NCBI GenBank assembly: GCA_963792585.1
Contig: CAWBWI010000003.1
Coordinates: 128,001-192,000, forward strand
Source of the DNA: Candidatus Eiseniibacteriota bacterium
GTDB taxonomy: Bacteria > Eisenbacteria > RBG-16-71-46 > CAIMUX01 > VGJL01
DNA: 64,000 nt
Direction of reading: 5' to 3'
Shown: piece by piece, positions 1-11,262 of the stretch
Layout of the letters: each line of letters opens with the position of its first letter
Numbering within the stretch: the stretch's first letter is position 1
The notes under the pieces: model-generated
Told to the model about the DNA's origin: nothing
Databases searched by the model: none
Seen by the model: only the letters and a program-made list of their open reading frames with translations
Translations under genes and position numbers: made by a program

Positions 1-74
1 GGGTCGAGGGGGGTGGAATAGAGTGAGACCTTCTCGCCATCGACGATGAGAATGTCGGGCTGTTGTGCGGTCAC
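1..74 (-). CDS. Hypothetical protein, N-terminus only (runs off window)
   Basis: GTG at 74 after GGGA; reads MTAQQPDILIVDGEKVSLYSTPLD to the window edge. Confidence 0.5.
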   Translation of the reverse strand, partial: MTAQQPDILIVDGEKVSLYSTPLD

Positions 75-549
75 CGGAGTTCCCTGCTCGCCGCATCCAG
101 GATCTGGTCTGGGTGAACCAGGCTGCCCAGTAGGCTCTTGGGGTATGAGAACATTGAGTTCACATCCATCGGCAAGCCTCGCCTCCAGCGTCAGCTATGC
201 CGAGAGGCTATCCCCATACCGGAAGTCGGTCAATGGTGAGCAGTGCGCGGGGCTTGAAGTCGATCGGGTTCCGGAACAAGTTTGCCATCGATAAGCCTGC
301 AACCAAGGCTCTGAAAGGAGGTCGAACGACAGACTGACCGTAGTCACGTGTCATCCTGATGACCGCCGATGCGATCGGGACACGCCGGGCATGAGCGCTG
401 GAGCGCGGGGATCGCGGGCCCGCCAGATCGGAATTGGCGTGGCCCTTCTGGCTCCCCGCGAGTATCATCAGGTGCGCGATATCCGGAGAACGGATGGTGA
501 CTCGTCGGCGGTCCAATGTCTGGATAGAGTTCTTAGGAGGCAAAGGGCA

Positions 550-2031
550 ATGAGTCCATGGCTGCGCCGTCTGCTCGTCACCGGGGCCCTCATCATCGCC
601 TATCGTCTCGGAATGGGCATTCCACTGCCGGGAATCGGTGCGATCTGGGATTGGATCGTCTCGACAGACCCAAGGAACATTGGTGGGGGCGGCTACGGCC
701 TGGGGCGTGTATCGTTTCTTGGGCTTGGTATATCCCCGTACATCGCAGCCTCGGTCTTCCTGTTGCTCCTGAGCGGCGCAATCGCACCGCTGCGCCGGCT
801 GCGCGACGGGAACGAGGCGCAACGCTCTCGATTCACCGCCTATCTCTTGGGTATGACGGCTTTGGTTGCATTGGTTCAGGGGCTGGGGATCGCCATCTAT
901 TGCCAGAGCTTGAGGCACCAAATCGATCCCGCCGGCTCCACGAATTGGTCCGGCTATCGCATCGCCATCATGCTCCTGCTCGTCGCGGGGTCTTTCGTCG
1001 CAGTCGGGATTGCTCACTTCATTACAAAGTATGGCATCGCTAACGGTGTTGCGATTCTGGTTGCCATTCCTTTGCTGACCGAGGCCATCCCCAGGTTCCG
1101 GACTTCCATCCTCAATCCCCGCGACTCTCAGGCACCACCCCCGCTGCTGGCCATTCTCGTGCTGGGCATTGGGATTCTCCTCTCCATCTTGATCATCCAG
1201 TCGTGTCGAAAGCTACCCTTGCAGTCGGAAGGGAACACGGGCGCCGTTAGTGACAACTCAGAGGAACTGCCGTGGCTGCCCCTTCGAATGCAGCCCGCAG
1301 GGGCCGCGCCGTTGTTCTTCGCCGACAATTTGCTTCACGTGCCGGCGACCGTCCGCTCGCTTCTCGAACCAGACGCGACCGGACCGCTCATGTCGGCTTG
1401 GTTGTACACGGGGGTGAGTAGCCTCCTGATCATTGCCTCCAGCATCTTGTTCGCGTCCTGGATCTTCAATGGAGCTGATCTGGAGGGTCGCCTGAATGCA
1501 TGGCGCGTGCGAATCAAAGACGACGCAGGCGATCTGTGGACCGCGCGACGTCTGGAGCAGGTGCAGGAAAAGCTGATCTGGGTGGGCGCCCTGATGCTCG
1601 TGCTGGTAGGTGCGTTGCCGTTGCTCGGGATCCGGTACGAGCGGTTTCTGGAGGGGATCGCTGGTCTGGTGGATGCCCACCTGGTGGTGCTCACAGCCGT
1701 CGTGCTGGAGATCTGGAGAAACCTGCGCGCCTGGCGGAGGCATTCGCGGAGTGGTTCGTGGGCCTCGGTCTATCGAAGCGATATCGCGTTGGAAGCCCGG
1801 CTTGTCTGTCATGCGCTGCGCCAGGCAGGTTTGACTGCCGTAATGCACTCAGCCAGGCCAAGTCCAGTAATCGGCTCCTTCGGGTGTTGGGAGGTCTGCC
1901 GGCCGCAATTCCCGTCCGTGGTCGTCTATTCCCGGCTTGGCTCCGGCCATGACGAGGTCCATGTGCCGGCTGACGTGAGAGTGCAGGCGGAGGAGGTACT
2001 CGCACGGATCGCGCCTCCTCCTCATGTGTAG
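550..2031 (+). CDS. Divergent SecY-like membrane protein with a C-terminal soluble (DUF2007-like) extension
   Basis: AGGAGG before ATG 550; SecY-like motifs YRLGMGIPLPGI, LGISPYIAAS, ITKYGIANG, LPLRMQPAGAAPLFFA; about 10 hydrophobic segments. Confidence 0.75.
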   Translation: MSPWLRRLLVTGALIIAYRLGMGIPLPGIGAIWDWIVSTDPRNIGGGGYGLGRVSFLGLGISPYIAASVFLLLLSGAIAPLRRLRDGNEAQRSRFTAYLLGMTALVALVQGLGIAIYCQSLRHQIDPAGSTNWSGYRIAIMLLLVAGSFVAVGIAHFITKYGIANGVAILVAIPLLTEAIPRFRTSILNPRDSQAPPPLLAILVLGIGILLSILIIQSCRKLPLQSEGNTGAVSDNSEELPWLPLRMQPAGAAPLFFADNLLHVPATVRSLLEPDATGPLMSAWLYTGVSSLLIIASSILFASWIFNGADLEGRLNAWRVRIKDDAGDLWTARRLEQVQEKLIWVGALMLVLVGALPLLGIRYERFLEGIAGLVDAHLVVLTAVVLEIWRNLRAWRRHSRSGSWASVYRSDIALEARLVCHALRQAGLTAVMHSARPSPVIGSFGCWEVCRPQFPSVVVYSRLGSGHDEVHVPADVRVQAEEVLARIAPPPHV

Positions 2032-2288
2032 CGGCCTACTGTCCCTCCCATGCGTGTGTCACGAAGACCATGAAGGGAGGTCACCCCTCGTCACCGCGGC
2101 ATCCGCCACGCCGGCCGTCCCGACGAACCCAAACGTCATCCGCACCGCGAGCGCTTGCGTCTACACACGCCCGTATGGCGACAATGAGACATTATTCACA
2201 TGACCAATCGGTTGGAATGACTCATCGCAATGGTGGTAGGATATCCGCGCGATTCGTTCACGTTCCGGTGTCGAACAAGGAGGGTTCC

Positions 2289-2693
2289 ATGCCAACCACC
2301 GCCAATACCACTTCGTATATTGCCGGCGCTCAACGGACTCAGGGCCTCGTCGCTCCGGCAGTGATGGGCGAGCACGTTCTTGTCAAATTGCGCGGGCCGG
2401 GGGTATTCGTGTGCGCAGAGGTGAGCAGGCAAGGCGATCCGGCGGGAGTTTCCTTTGTCTCCCTCGATCTCGACAACCGCAATGTCGTATCCGTGTCGTT
2501 CGAGGCCGTCGGCAACTGGGGATTGACGCAGAACAATCCATACGGGCTCGTACGATTGAAGGGCAGCGGGATCGACACCTTGGCCATCGGGTACCAACTC
2601 CCCCTTCGTTTCGAGAAGGAGCTGGTGCTCAAGGTCACCGTGCAGGAGATCGGCATTCCCCAGATTCTCGCGAATGTAATTCACGGGATTTGA
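2289..2693 (+). CDS. Hypothetical beta-rich protein (134 aa)
   Basis: AAGGAGG before ATG 2289; protein-like composition. Confidence 0.65.
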   Translation: MPTTANTTSYIAGAQRTQGLVAPAVMGEHVLVKLRGPGVFVCAEVSRQGDPAGVSFVSLDLDNRNVVSVSFEAVGNWGLTQNNPYGLVRLKGSGIDTLAIGYQLPLRFEKELVLKVTVQEIGIPQILANVIHGI

Positions 2694-2821
2694 GGGCGCG
2701 CGCCGCGCGAGGGGATAATGGAACGGTGCGCCGGCGATCCCACCGATCGTCGGCCCCGAGACTGCGCGCACTGACGTGGAAATCCTTCTCAGACGACGTC
2801 TCCGGGCCTTCGAGGTGCGTC

Positions 2822-3265
2822 TCAGCGGGTCAACAGGGCCGCCACTTGCTGCAGCAGGGCCCGCCCGTCACTGTCCTTCACAACATGAACTACTTTGTGC
2901 GACAAGATGGACAATTCCCTCTCCAGGTCCTTCTCATCCAGGACAGTGTACAGGATGATCGGAACGGTCGTGAGCTCAGGAGTGCTGCGGAGTCTTGCCT
3001 GGCATCTGAGTCCGGCGCGATAGAACCCCTCTGCCTCCACGTCGCGCGGGGGCCTGGGCATGTTCGGTGAGGGCTCGGTCCAGGGCACCATAACGTCCAT
3101 GATGATCATGTCGGGAGGGTTCGCCACCCAGCCTGTGATCGCTTCGTAGAACTCATGCTCCGTGTGGATTTCCTCGATCAAGGCCTCCGGGTACTCTCCC
3201 GAAAGCAGCTCCTTAATGTAATCAACCTGCATCTCGTCGTCTTCGACTACGACAAACCGCGTCAT
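2822..3265 (-). CDS. Single-domain response regulator
   Basis: VVVEDD, phosphoacceptor DMIIMDVM, PIILYT; directly downstream of the histidine kinase. Confidence 0.9.
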   Translation of the reverse strand: MTRFVVVEDDEMQVDYIKELLSGEYPEALIEEIHTEHEFYEAITGWVANPPDMIIMDVMVPWTEPSPNMPRPPRDVEAEGFYRAGLRCQARLRSTPELTTVPIILYTVLDEKDLERELSILSHKVVHVVKDSDGRALLQQVAALLTR

Positions 3266-3277
3266 GCTACCTCACTC

Positions 3278-5659
3278 CTAGACCGGGAACACCAGCCGGA
3301 CAACCGTCCTCCCCCCGTCGTCGGTCGGGACGACCACCAGCTTTCCACCATGCGCCTTCATGACACTGCTGACGATCCACAAACCGATGCCTGTTCCCTC
3401 CCCCAGCACCTGCTTCGCGTTTGCGCCCTGCCAACCCCGATTCGAGCACTGGGCGACGTCCTCGGCAGTGATGGGTATACCGACGTTCGTCACCGCGACG
3501 CAGTTTTCTCCATCCGCCCTTTCAGCGAGGACGGTCACCCTCGTGTTCGAGTAGCTGTACTTCGCCGCGTTGTCGAGCACGTCCATTACCATCTGCTCCA
3601 ACAGGTCCCGATCGACGACGATCCCCCGAGAGAAGTAGGTCGTCACGCTTTCGGTTTCGACCTCCATCTCCAAATGCCGGCGGCTGTTGATCGTACACTT
3701 AGTATCGGCCGTTGCCTCAATCAGCAGTCGGACTAGGCTCTCTACGGAGATGGATGTCGGCTTCAGCTTGAGATTGCGACCGCTCGCGAGGTCGGCAAAC
3801 ACCCGGATATTCCGGGTCACCCGCATTGCTTTTGCGCACAGCCCTTTGATGGCCGCAAGCTGACCGCGCAATTCATCTTCCTGGGGCATCCGCCGAATGG
3901 CTCCGCGGGATCGGATGACAGCCATGTTGATCGGGCTCTTCAATTGGTGCCCGAGGTCCAGGAAGGTCTGTGTTTCTTGAGCCTGCATCGCGCTGACGTC
4001 GCTCAGGGTCGAGATGAGATGGTGATACAATCCGAGCTGCTGCCCGATCAACTCCACGACTTTCGGCGCCTGGAGGGGCAGCGCCCTCAGGCCGAGACTT
4101 CGCACGGTCAGCACGCCCCGGATGCTGCCGGGGCTCGTTCCGACTGCAGTCACGATCATTGCATCGACGTCGGGTACGCTCCGATCAGCGAGACCCAAGC
4201 ACTCTTGACGATTGAAGACAGCCGCTTCCCCAGTTCGGAAGACCTCCTCAGCAGCGCTGCGGGCCGTTCCGCCCGCCGTCGCAGAGGCCGCGATTCCAGC
4301 CCGAATTTCTCGGCCCAACCCTAAGGTGGCCACAACCATGAGCTTATTGGTCGCTTCGTCGTAGAGCTTCACGTCGAGAGCATCAGCACCCGGTAGCCCT
4401 GCCTTCATGAGGCGGAGGGACCTTCCGAGCAAACGCGCGCTTGAAGGACGCTTTCTCGACAGCTCCCGCGAGAACGCGCGGTTCAGTGCCGTCACCGTGT
4501 CCACGAGCTGCTGCCATGATTGCGTCTCCTGCTGCGCGCGCATGAGGTCGATCCACATCTTCCATGCGTGTGCGATGCGCGCAGCGACCAGAAGGAGCAA
4601 CCGCAGTTCCGGCTCGCCAAAGAAGTAAGGCCCGCGCACAGCGGTGCAGCAGCGGATCGCACCCAGAACACTGGAGCCTGCCTTCAACGGAGCCGCCATA
4701 AAGCTCAGCGGCGGCATGGCAGTCTTTGCATCGATCTTGAGGAATCGTCGCGCGGACTCGTTGATGTCCAGGGAGTCATTCCACTGAATGCCGGGGTAGG
4801 TCTCCTGATTCTCCGCATCGCTGGGCACAAAAGTGGCCAGGTCGAAGATATTGACGGAGCCTCCTTTCGCGAGAACGTACCCCGTCAGACCCTCGCTCAG
4901 GGCCGCGCGATACCGCTGCTTCGGCATCTCCTCGGGCCAGGTAGTTCCTACAAGGTCGTAATAGCCTGGGGCTGAGAAGGGATCCTCGAGGAAAACGGAG
5001 GTCTCAAGGCACTGCAGCGCCCCTTGAACATGTTTTGTGACGGCGGTGATCGCTTGTTGGAGGGTTCCCTTGCTGGAGGGGTCGTGCGTGTTCGTGACCT
5101 CCGCCTGCTGAACAAGGTCGTCGACTTCGATGATGAGATTCAGCAGCACGCGGTCTCGGATCATCTGATACGTTGCAGGGAGTCCCTGGGCAAGGCCGAT
5201 CGCGTCGGATACCTCCGCATCCGTGAATCCACTCTGGGCGGCAGTACGATAGAAGTTGATCGCTCCACGGCCTCCGTCCGGGAATGTGACTGGCACAACA
5301 CAGAACGCGTTGATCGAGAACCGCGACCAGAAGGACGTTCCTCGGAAGACCCCCGGCTCCCGGCTAACGTCCGCGACAATGCGCAGCTCCTGCTTCATGA
5401 TCGACTCGCCGGTCACCGATTTGCTCACGGGCATGTTCTTGAAGGCGTATACCGCGTCCCCGGGAAACCAATGCGCGAGCGTTGAAAGCGTCTGCTCGCC
5501 GCCTGCCTCTCCCTGTCCTCTCGGCTGAACAGCCTCCCACACAATGACGCCCTCGGCCCCCATCTGCCGGGTGGCGGCTTCGAGGACGCGGCCGAAGGTG
5601 GAGAGGCCCCTGCCCTCCGAGGCGATGCGCATGAGCTCGTGCAGGTTCGCAGGCATCAT
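3278..5659 (-). CDS. Cytoplasmic multi-GAF sensor histidine kinase
   Basis: GAF-like segments; H-box LGHQLKSP, N-box VLDNAAKYS, G-box GTGIGL; start probably MMPANL at 5659. Confidence 0.9.
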   Translation of the reverse strand: MMPANLHELMRIASEGRGLSTFGRVLEAATRQMGAEGVIVWEAVQPRGQGEAGGEQTLSTLAHWFPGDAVYAFKNMPVSKSVTGESIMKQELRIVADVSREPGVFRGTSFWSRFSINAFCVVPVTFPDGGRGAINFYRTAAQSGFTDAEVSDAIGLAQGLPATYQMIRDRVLLNLIIEVDDLVQQAEVTNTHDPSSKGTLQQAITAVTKHVQGALQCLETSVFLEDPFSAPGYYDLVGTTWPEEMPKQRYRAALSEGLTGYVLAKGGSVNIFDLATFVPSDAENQETYPGIQWNDSLDINESARRFLKIDAKTAMPPLSFMAAPLKAGSSVLGAIRCCTAVRGPYFFGEPELRLLLLVAARIAHAWKMWIDLMRAQQETQSWQQLVDTVTALNRAFSRELSRKRPSSARLLGRSLRLMKAGLPGADALDVKLYDEATNKLMVVATLGLGREIRAGIAASATAGGTARSAAEEVFRTGEAAVFNRQECLGLADRSVPDVDAMIVTAVGTSPGSIRGVLTVRSLGLRALPLQAPKVVELIGQQLGLYHHLISTLSDVSAMQAQETQTFLDLGHQLKSPINMAVIRSRGAIRRMPQEDELRGQLAAIKGLCAKAMRVTRNIRVFADLASGRNLKLKPTSISVESLVRLLIEATADTKCTINSRRHLEMEVETESVTTYFSRGIVVDRDLLEQMVMDVLDNAAKYSYSNTRVTVLAERADGENCVAVTNVGIPITAEDVAQCSNRGWQGANAKQVLGEGTGIGLWIVSSVMKAHGGKLVVVPTDDGGRTVVRLVFPV

Positions 5660-5738
5660 GTACCGAAGTATCCGCGGGCCGGCAGCTTGGATGCACCGCC
5701 ACCTCCACGCAACGCAGGACTCGTCCAACAGCTCCGCG

Positions 5739-6371
5739 TCAAGGCAGGACCTTGATTCGGCCGAGCACCTGCCGCCTGTTGATGTCGATGGCCGAGCTGA
5801 TGTCCGTGAGGACTTCGTCTCCGGTAATGCGGACGCAGTAGGCAATGTGGCCGTTTACCGCGGCGATTAGAGAACGTTCCGACTGATAAGGATGTGCGCG
5901 GCGTACGTCTTCGATCTTTTCCGCCAGCTCATTTGCAACTGGGGACATCGAATGCTCCATTCGGATGCACATCACTTCCCCGTTGCATAGCGTCCTCAAG
6001 ATCCGGTACCTGGTGACCATCGGAGGGATGAACCCGAGCGCCTGTTTCCAGTAGACCCCGCTGTCCCGTGACAGGACAAAGTGAAGATGCGGCAGGCAGG
6101 TAACGACCCAGGTGGGCCAGAGAAACCGATCGGCAAGGACCACGAGGTACCAGTCCGAGTGCTTTCCCCGCTCCTGCTCCAGGAGCGCGCGCATCCGCGG
6201 ACGCCGGTCCGGATCGCCTTCAATTGCTGCCGCGAATTCCAGAACCTGCCGCGCCCAGGCCGTCGCCGTCGCATGTCGTTTGGTGGCGGCGCCCACACGG
6301 AGAACTGCGAGGAACAGGGTCAACGCCAATCCCGCCGCGACGGCTGCGGTTACAGTTTCCTGAGCCATCAT
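5739..6371 (-). CDS. Hypothetical protein with N-terminal TM anchor
   Basis: Start overlaps the upstream stop (ATGA); hydrophobic AAVAAGLALTLFLAVL. Confidence 0.6.
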   Translation of the reverse strand: MMAQETVTAAVAAGLALTLFLAVLRVGAATKRHATATAWARQVLEFAAAIEGDPDRRPRMRALLEQERGKHSDWYLVVLADRFLWPTWVVTCLPHLHFVLSRDSGVYWKQALGFIPPMVTRYRILRTLCNGEVMCIRMEHSMSPVANELAEKIEDVRRAHPYQSERSLIAAVNGHIAYCVRITGDEVLTDISSAIDINRRQVLGRIKVLP

Positions 6372-6733
6372 TGCAGGAATGACAGGAAGGGCTGCTGTTC
6401 CACGACGTGCATGTAGAACCGCTCCACCGCGTGCACGATCGAAATGCCACCAATGGCCCCGCAGGACAGCTCGACGCAGCCGTGCGGGGTGCTTCCCGTT
6501 GCGACGATATACCCGAATGCGGAAGAGAAGATGATACTGACTATTATTGTCAGCAGGAGGAACGGAAAGTGCTTGGACGAAGACTCGAGTGTGACCGGGT
6601 ATACCGCAGCGAGGAGGGTGATGGACTTGTGATTGAACCCGTCGGCAAACCACGCCTCCAGTAGGGCAGGCAAGAGCGGAAGGACCATCAGCACGAGGAT
6701 GCTCGATGTGTAGTGGTGCCACGGTTTCAGCAT
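6368..6733 (-). CDS. Small membrane protein (about 4 TM)
   Basis: GGGAGG RBS; 121 aa with four hydrophobic stretches. Confidence 0.7.
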   Translation of the reverse strand: MLKPWHHYTSSILVLMVLPLLPALLEAWFADGFNHKSITLLAAVYPVTLESSSKHFPFLLLTIIVSIIFSSAFGYIVATGSTPHGCVELSCGAIGGISIVHAVERFYMHVVEQQPFLSFLQ

Positions 6734-7108
6734 TCGCGACCTCCCGTCGTTAGGACAGCCTGGAGTCCAGGCCGAAGGTGTTCATTCGATTGCGGATCCG
6801 TATCTGCGAGGCATTGTTGATCCGCGGGAAGGCGGCCTCCCAAGGTCGACGCGGGCTTGTTCCCCCTCGTCCGCACTGGCACAGGGTCTTTCGGGATCAA
6901 CGGGGTTCGCGGGCTGCGTTCGAGCGATTCGCCGTTCGCAGTGGGCCTCCGGGTCTGGCCAACGCACGTGATCCTCATGCTCGCCGCGTTCATCGCGTGG
7001 CCAATGTACACCACGGCCGCAATAGTTTCCAGTCGAAGTCGCCCCTGCGAGCAAGCGTGCTTGTAACGCTTACCGGTCGCTTGTCGGGTTCCCAGATACC
7101 CGGGGCCT

Positions 7109-10100
7109 CTACAAGCCAAGGGAGCCCTCCCTTCCGTGGCCGGCCTTCTTGGTCAATCCTGCTCGGATGCGACCCTTGGGTAATTCAGGTCTTCGGATCA
7201 CAGGTGGAACTCCGTCGGTCGCCCTGTCGTGGTTGAGCATGAGCATGCGAGCGAGGATGTCGTCGCGGAGGGGGTCGGGCCAGCGATAGCGCCAGGGCTT
7301 CTTGCGGGTGCGGGTGGGGGGGGTGTCGTCGTCGTCGGGGTCGTCGTCTTCGTAGTCGAGGAGGAACTCGCAAGTGGGCTGGAAATCGGTCCAGCCGTAG
7401 GCGTCGAGGACGGCGCGGTCCATGGCGGCGTGGAGCTCGCGAAGTTTCAGAATGTCAGGCGAGGTTTCGTCGGGGTCGTGGAAACGGTTGTAGGTCTTGG
7501 TGAGGCCTTCGTTGTTGCGAACCATGAGGACGGCGCGGAACTCGTAGTAGGCGCGGCCGGCGGTTTCGAGTGCAGCGTTCGCCTCATAGTCGGGCGGGAA
7601 GGGGAAGGTCTCGAAGCAGTCGGTTGGGGTATACGCAAGATCGTCTTTCAGAGTAGAGCTGAATGTCCTTGCCCACGTCTCGTGTATCCGGCTTTGGAGC
7701 AGACAGAAGGTGCCCATGGTCTTGGAGGCAACAACATTGAGTTTGTTGCTGAAGACTCGGCGGGAGGGCAGGAAACAGAAGGAAAGATAGGGGCTATAGA
7801 GCGCGTTCACCAGCACCCGGTCCAAACCGCGAATGGCAACATGAAGCTCGCCTCGGGGTCGCCAGAATTGCCACCAGGGCCAGGCCGCAATCTCCCTAGA
7901 CTTTGTTGCACGATCCGGCCTCACTCGCTCCTGCAGGATCGCATAGAGGTCGGGCCATGATCTTGCTTCTTGCTCCGCGATTTCCCCAAAGTTAATGACG
8001 TACCGGTGATGCGCATGCGTGGGGCTCTCGTTGACTTCCTCGCCGCCGATAAAGGGGAATATGCGCTCGGAATTCCGTGGGTCCTTTGCAATCAGGCGGT
8101 GCATCTCAGCAATCGGGGAGGCGAGACCCTTCTTGTCGGTGTCATCGAAGGTGAACCCCATACCGAGGACGATGCTCCCCTGGAAGCTCTTCCCGGCATT
8201 CTCGGTCAGGCGAGCAGGATCGTCGTGCCCTCTCCCGTGCAGCAGAAAAGCAGTGATTGTCGGGACGCTCCGCCCGTCCAGATCGAACGGCCCCGAGATA
8301 ACACCTCTACCGATGTGCACGATGCTGACTACTACCGCAGCCTCACCCGACCACTTGTACCGTCGTCGGGCGGCAAAGATGGTCCCGCCATGAGTACAAA
8401 TCCACCGAAGGCCGGTTGCGCGCGTGTCGCCCTGTGCGAGTGTGTTCGTCGCGAGCAACCCAAGAGTCCCAAGGGAGCGGAGGTTGAGAAAGACTCGACG
8501 AAAGAAGTGGGCGACGAGATCTGATCCGCCCGAAGACCCTTCATGTGCGGTCTGCAGCCAGTTCGAGTATTCCTCGCCGTGGTTGGTAGTGATGCTTCGC
8601 CCGCCTAGAAACGGCGGATTCCCCACCACCGCATCGAACCCCTGGTTCTCCCGCCCGAACACCTCGGGGAACTCGATCTCCCAGTGGAAGGGTACGATTG
8701 GCCTCTCTTGCTCGCGCAGGCCCTGCGCGAAGCCGTGCAGCTCCTCGAAACCACGATCATCCGCGAGCCACCGGTTGACCTTCGTCGCGAACTCCGCCCG
8801 CCTTGCCTCGCGGTCCCGATCCTTCTCTCCCGAGAAGAAGGCTGCGACGACGAGATCGCCGATCAGCGTCACCTCGTCCACGGCGTCCACAGCATGCGTG
8901 TGCAGGATTCGCAGCTCCGCCTCGGGGGCATCGTCGCCGGCCGACTGAATCTGCCTCCTCAGCTCCGCGGCCTTCTCCAGCCGCTCGCGGATCAGCTTCT
9001 CAACCGTCTCGAGCTGCGCACCCTCCTTCCAATGGAATGACTCGATCTGCCGGCGGGTGAGGCCGACGAGCGAATCGCCATGCCGCAGGGCATGGTCGAG
9101 GAACGTGAAAGCATGATCCTTCGCGAGTGTCGCGAGCCAGAGCGAGAGCTTGGCCAGATCCACGGCGAGCGGGTTCTTGTCCACCCCGTACAGGCAGCGC
9201 TGCGCGATCAGGCGGCGGGCGTGGAGGACTTCGTCCTCGTCTGCGGGGATGCGCGGCACGCGGCCGTGCGTATACCAAGCGCGGATCAGCACATCGGCGA
9301 GCTGACGGCAGGCTTCCACGAGGAACGCGCCGGAGCCCATTGCGGGGTCGCAGACCTTCAGATCCAGCACCTGCTCGGGAGTGGGGTTCGTCCCCAGCCG
9401 CTCGAGGATCGGCCGCAGGGTCGTTCGCACGATCGGCTCGGTCAACGAGCGGGGCGTGTAGTGCGACCCCGACCGTCGCCGCTCGTCGCTCGGCTGGAGG
9501 ATCATGTCACCCCGCGGGACGATGTTCGGCGTGGCGTCGCGGGCGATCAGCTTCTCCAGCGCGGCGGCGAGGTCCTCCGGCGTCGTCGCCCGCTTGAGCG
9601 CATCGGCAGCCTTGCCGGTCGCGTCGCGGTCGCTCTCCTCGCGCAGGCGCTTGCCCCGGTCCTCCTGTCGCGCGGCGAGGAGGGCGTCCAGGTCGATCGT
9701 GATCGGCGCACCGTGGCGCTTCTTCGAGCGCACGGCGATCGAGCGGCCGCGCGCGACGCGTAGGTGGAATCCCATCATCGCTTCGTAGACCGAGCCGATC
9801 TGCTCGACGTCGAGGCTGCGGTAGCTGATCCGCTCGCCGTCCAGGATCAGGAGGTTCTGCAGGATCCGGTAGACGACGCCATCGGCGACCATCGGCGGGT
9901 CGATCCGCTCGTGCAGGACCCGGCCGATCCGCCACGAGCGTCCTTCGAGGAAGTTGAACCGGTTGGGGTCAAAGAGGCCGCCGTGACGTGGGGGCAGCTC
10001 AAGGCCGCCATGGTGCGCGCCGTCGTGGACGAGGCGGAAGAGGGTCAGGATCTGCGCCCAGGCGCCGAAGCGCTGGTCCATCGTGTCGGGATGCGCTCCG

Positions 10101-11118
10101 GCGTCGGCGCGCAGGCGCTCGAAGAGGCCGGTCACCGCGTAGTGGTTCGCGTAGACCGGATCGGTCGAGATGAGGTCGCGGTCCTCGGCGTAGAGGAGGA
10201 AGACCAGGCGCAGGAGGACCGTGAGGAGTCCCGCGTAGACGTGGTCGGGATCGTCGCGGAGGACGTCGCGGAGCAGCTCGCCGCGGCGGTGCGCGTCGGC
10301 CGCCTGGAAGCCGCGCACGAGTTCGTAGAGGGCGGCGAGGACCTGCTGCGCCAGGCGCGTCGAGACGAGGTTCTGGTACTTGCGGCTCTCGATGAGGATC
10401 GCGGGGAGGCGCTGCCTGTCCGGAAGCGTGAAGAGGCGCTCGGCCGAGAGGAGCATGTGGAGCGCCGCAAAGATCGGGCGGCCCGCGACCTCGGCCATGT
10501 CTTAATGTGGAACGTGGCGTAGCCCGAGGACTCGCCGCGCGGGGCGTAGACGAGGCGGAGGCTCGTCGCGTTGGAGAGCAGGCCGATCGGGACCTGCGTC
10601 TCGCGCAGAAGGCGCTCCAGACGCGCCTGCGGGGAGGCCTGCCAGCGGCGATCGTTGTCGGTGGCGAGGGGGGAGTCGAGGTCGGTGGCGGGGGCGGTTT
10701 GCATGATGAGGAGCTGGTAGGGGGGCGGAGCTTTGCCTTCCAACGCGCTGGCCGACGTCGCCCCGCCGGGCCTCGGAACGGCAAACGTTGGCCGCAGCGT
10801 CTCACCGTACTCGGGGAGCGCGACCTCCAGTCTGTCGGGGAGCTCCGGGCCACCCGGGCCACCCGCGATGTCGCTCGCGCGCCAGCCGAGGACGTCATGC
10901 AGGAAGCGCGGGAGGTCGGCGATGCCCGGCAAGCGGTTGCCGTCGACCTCAATCTGCGTCAGCGCCTCGGTGAACCGCTTGTGCTCGGGGATGATGTTAC
11001 GGTTGACGAACGCGCCGCAGTCGGCCAGAGCGGGGGCCGAGACAAGCAGGCCCGTCGGCTGGACGTAGCCGATCCACTCCAGGTGGAAGCCGAATTCACC
11101 AGTACCAATCACGCTCAT
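7109..11118 (-). CDS. drmMI: Large N6-adenine DNA methyltransferase (DISARM DrmMI / type IIG-like); 1-nt frameshift near 10501
   Basis: GSHYTPR, DPAMGSGAFL, YGVDKNP, VGNPPFLGG motifs; N-terminal ORF 10132-11118 joins ORF 7109-10498 (ATFHIK/MAEVAGR). Confidence 0.8.
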
Positions 11119-11262
11119 TCTAGGAACACTATCCCTAGCATCTCTGCACTTACCCCCGGAGCTTGCGCTGTCCCTCCACTACCCGAAGTGTGTGAAGGAC
11201 CTTCGATTCTGTGAACATCCAACGCGTAATCTATTTCCCCCTGAGGATCGTTTGTCCCAGCC

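Noticed and set aside
6734..7108. Short ORFs or an ncRNA between the MTase and the membrane gene
   Set aside because: No convincing RBS, motif or stable structure seen
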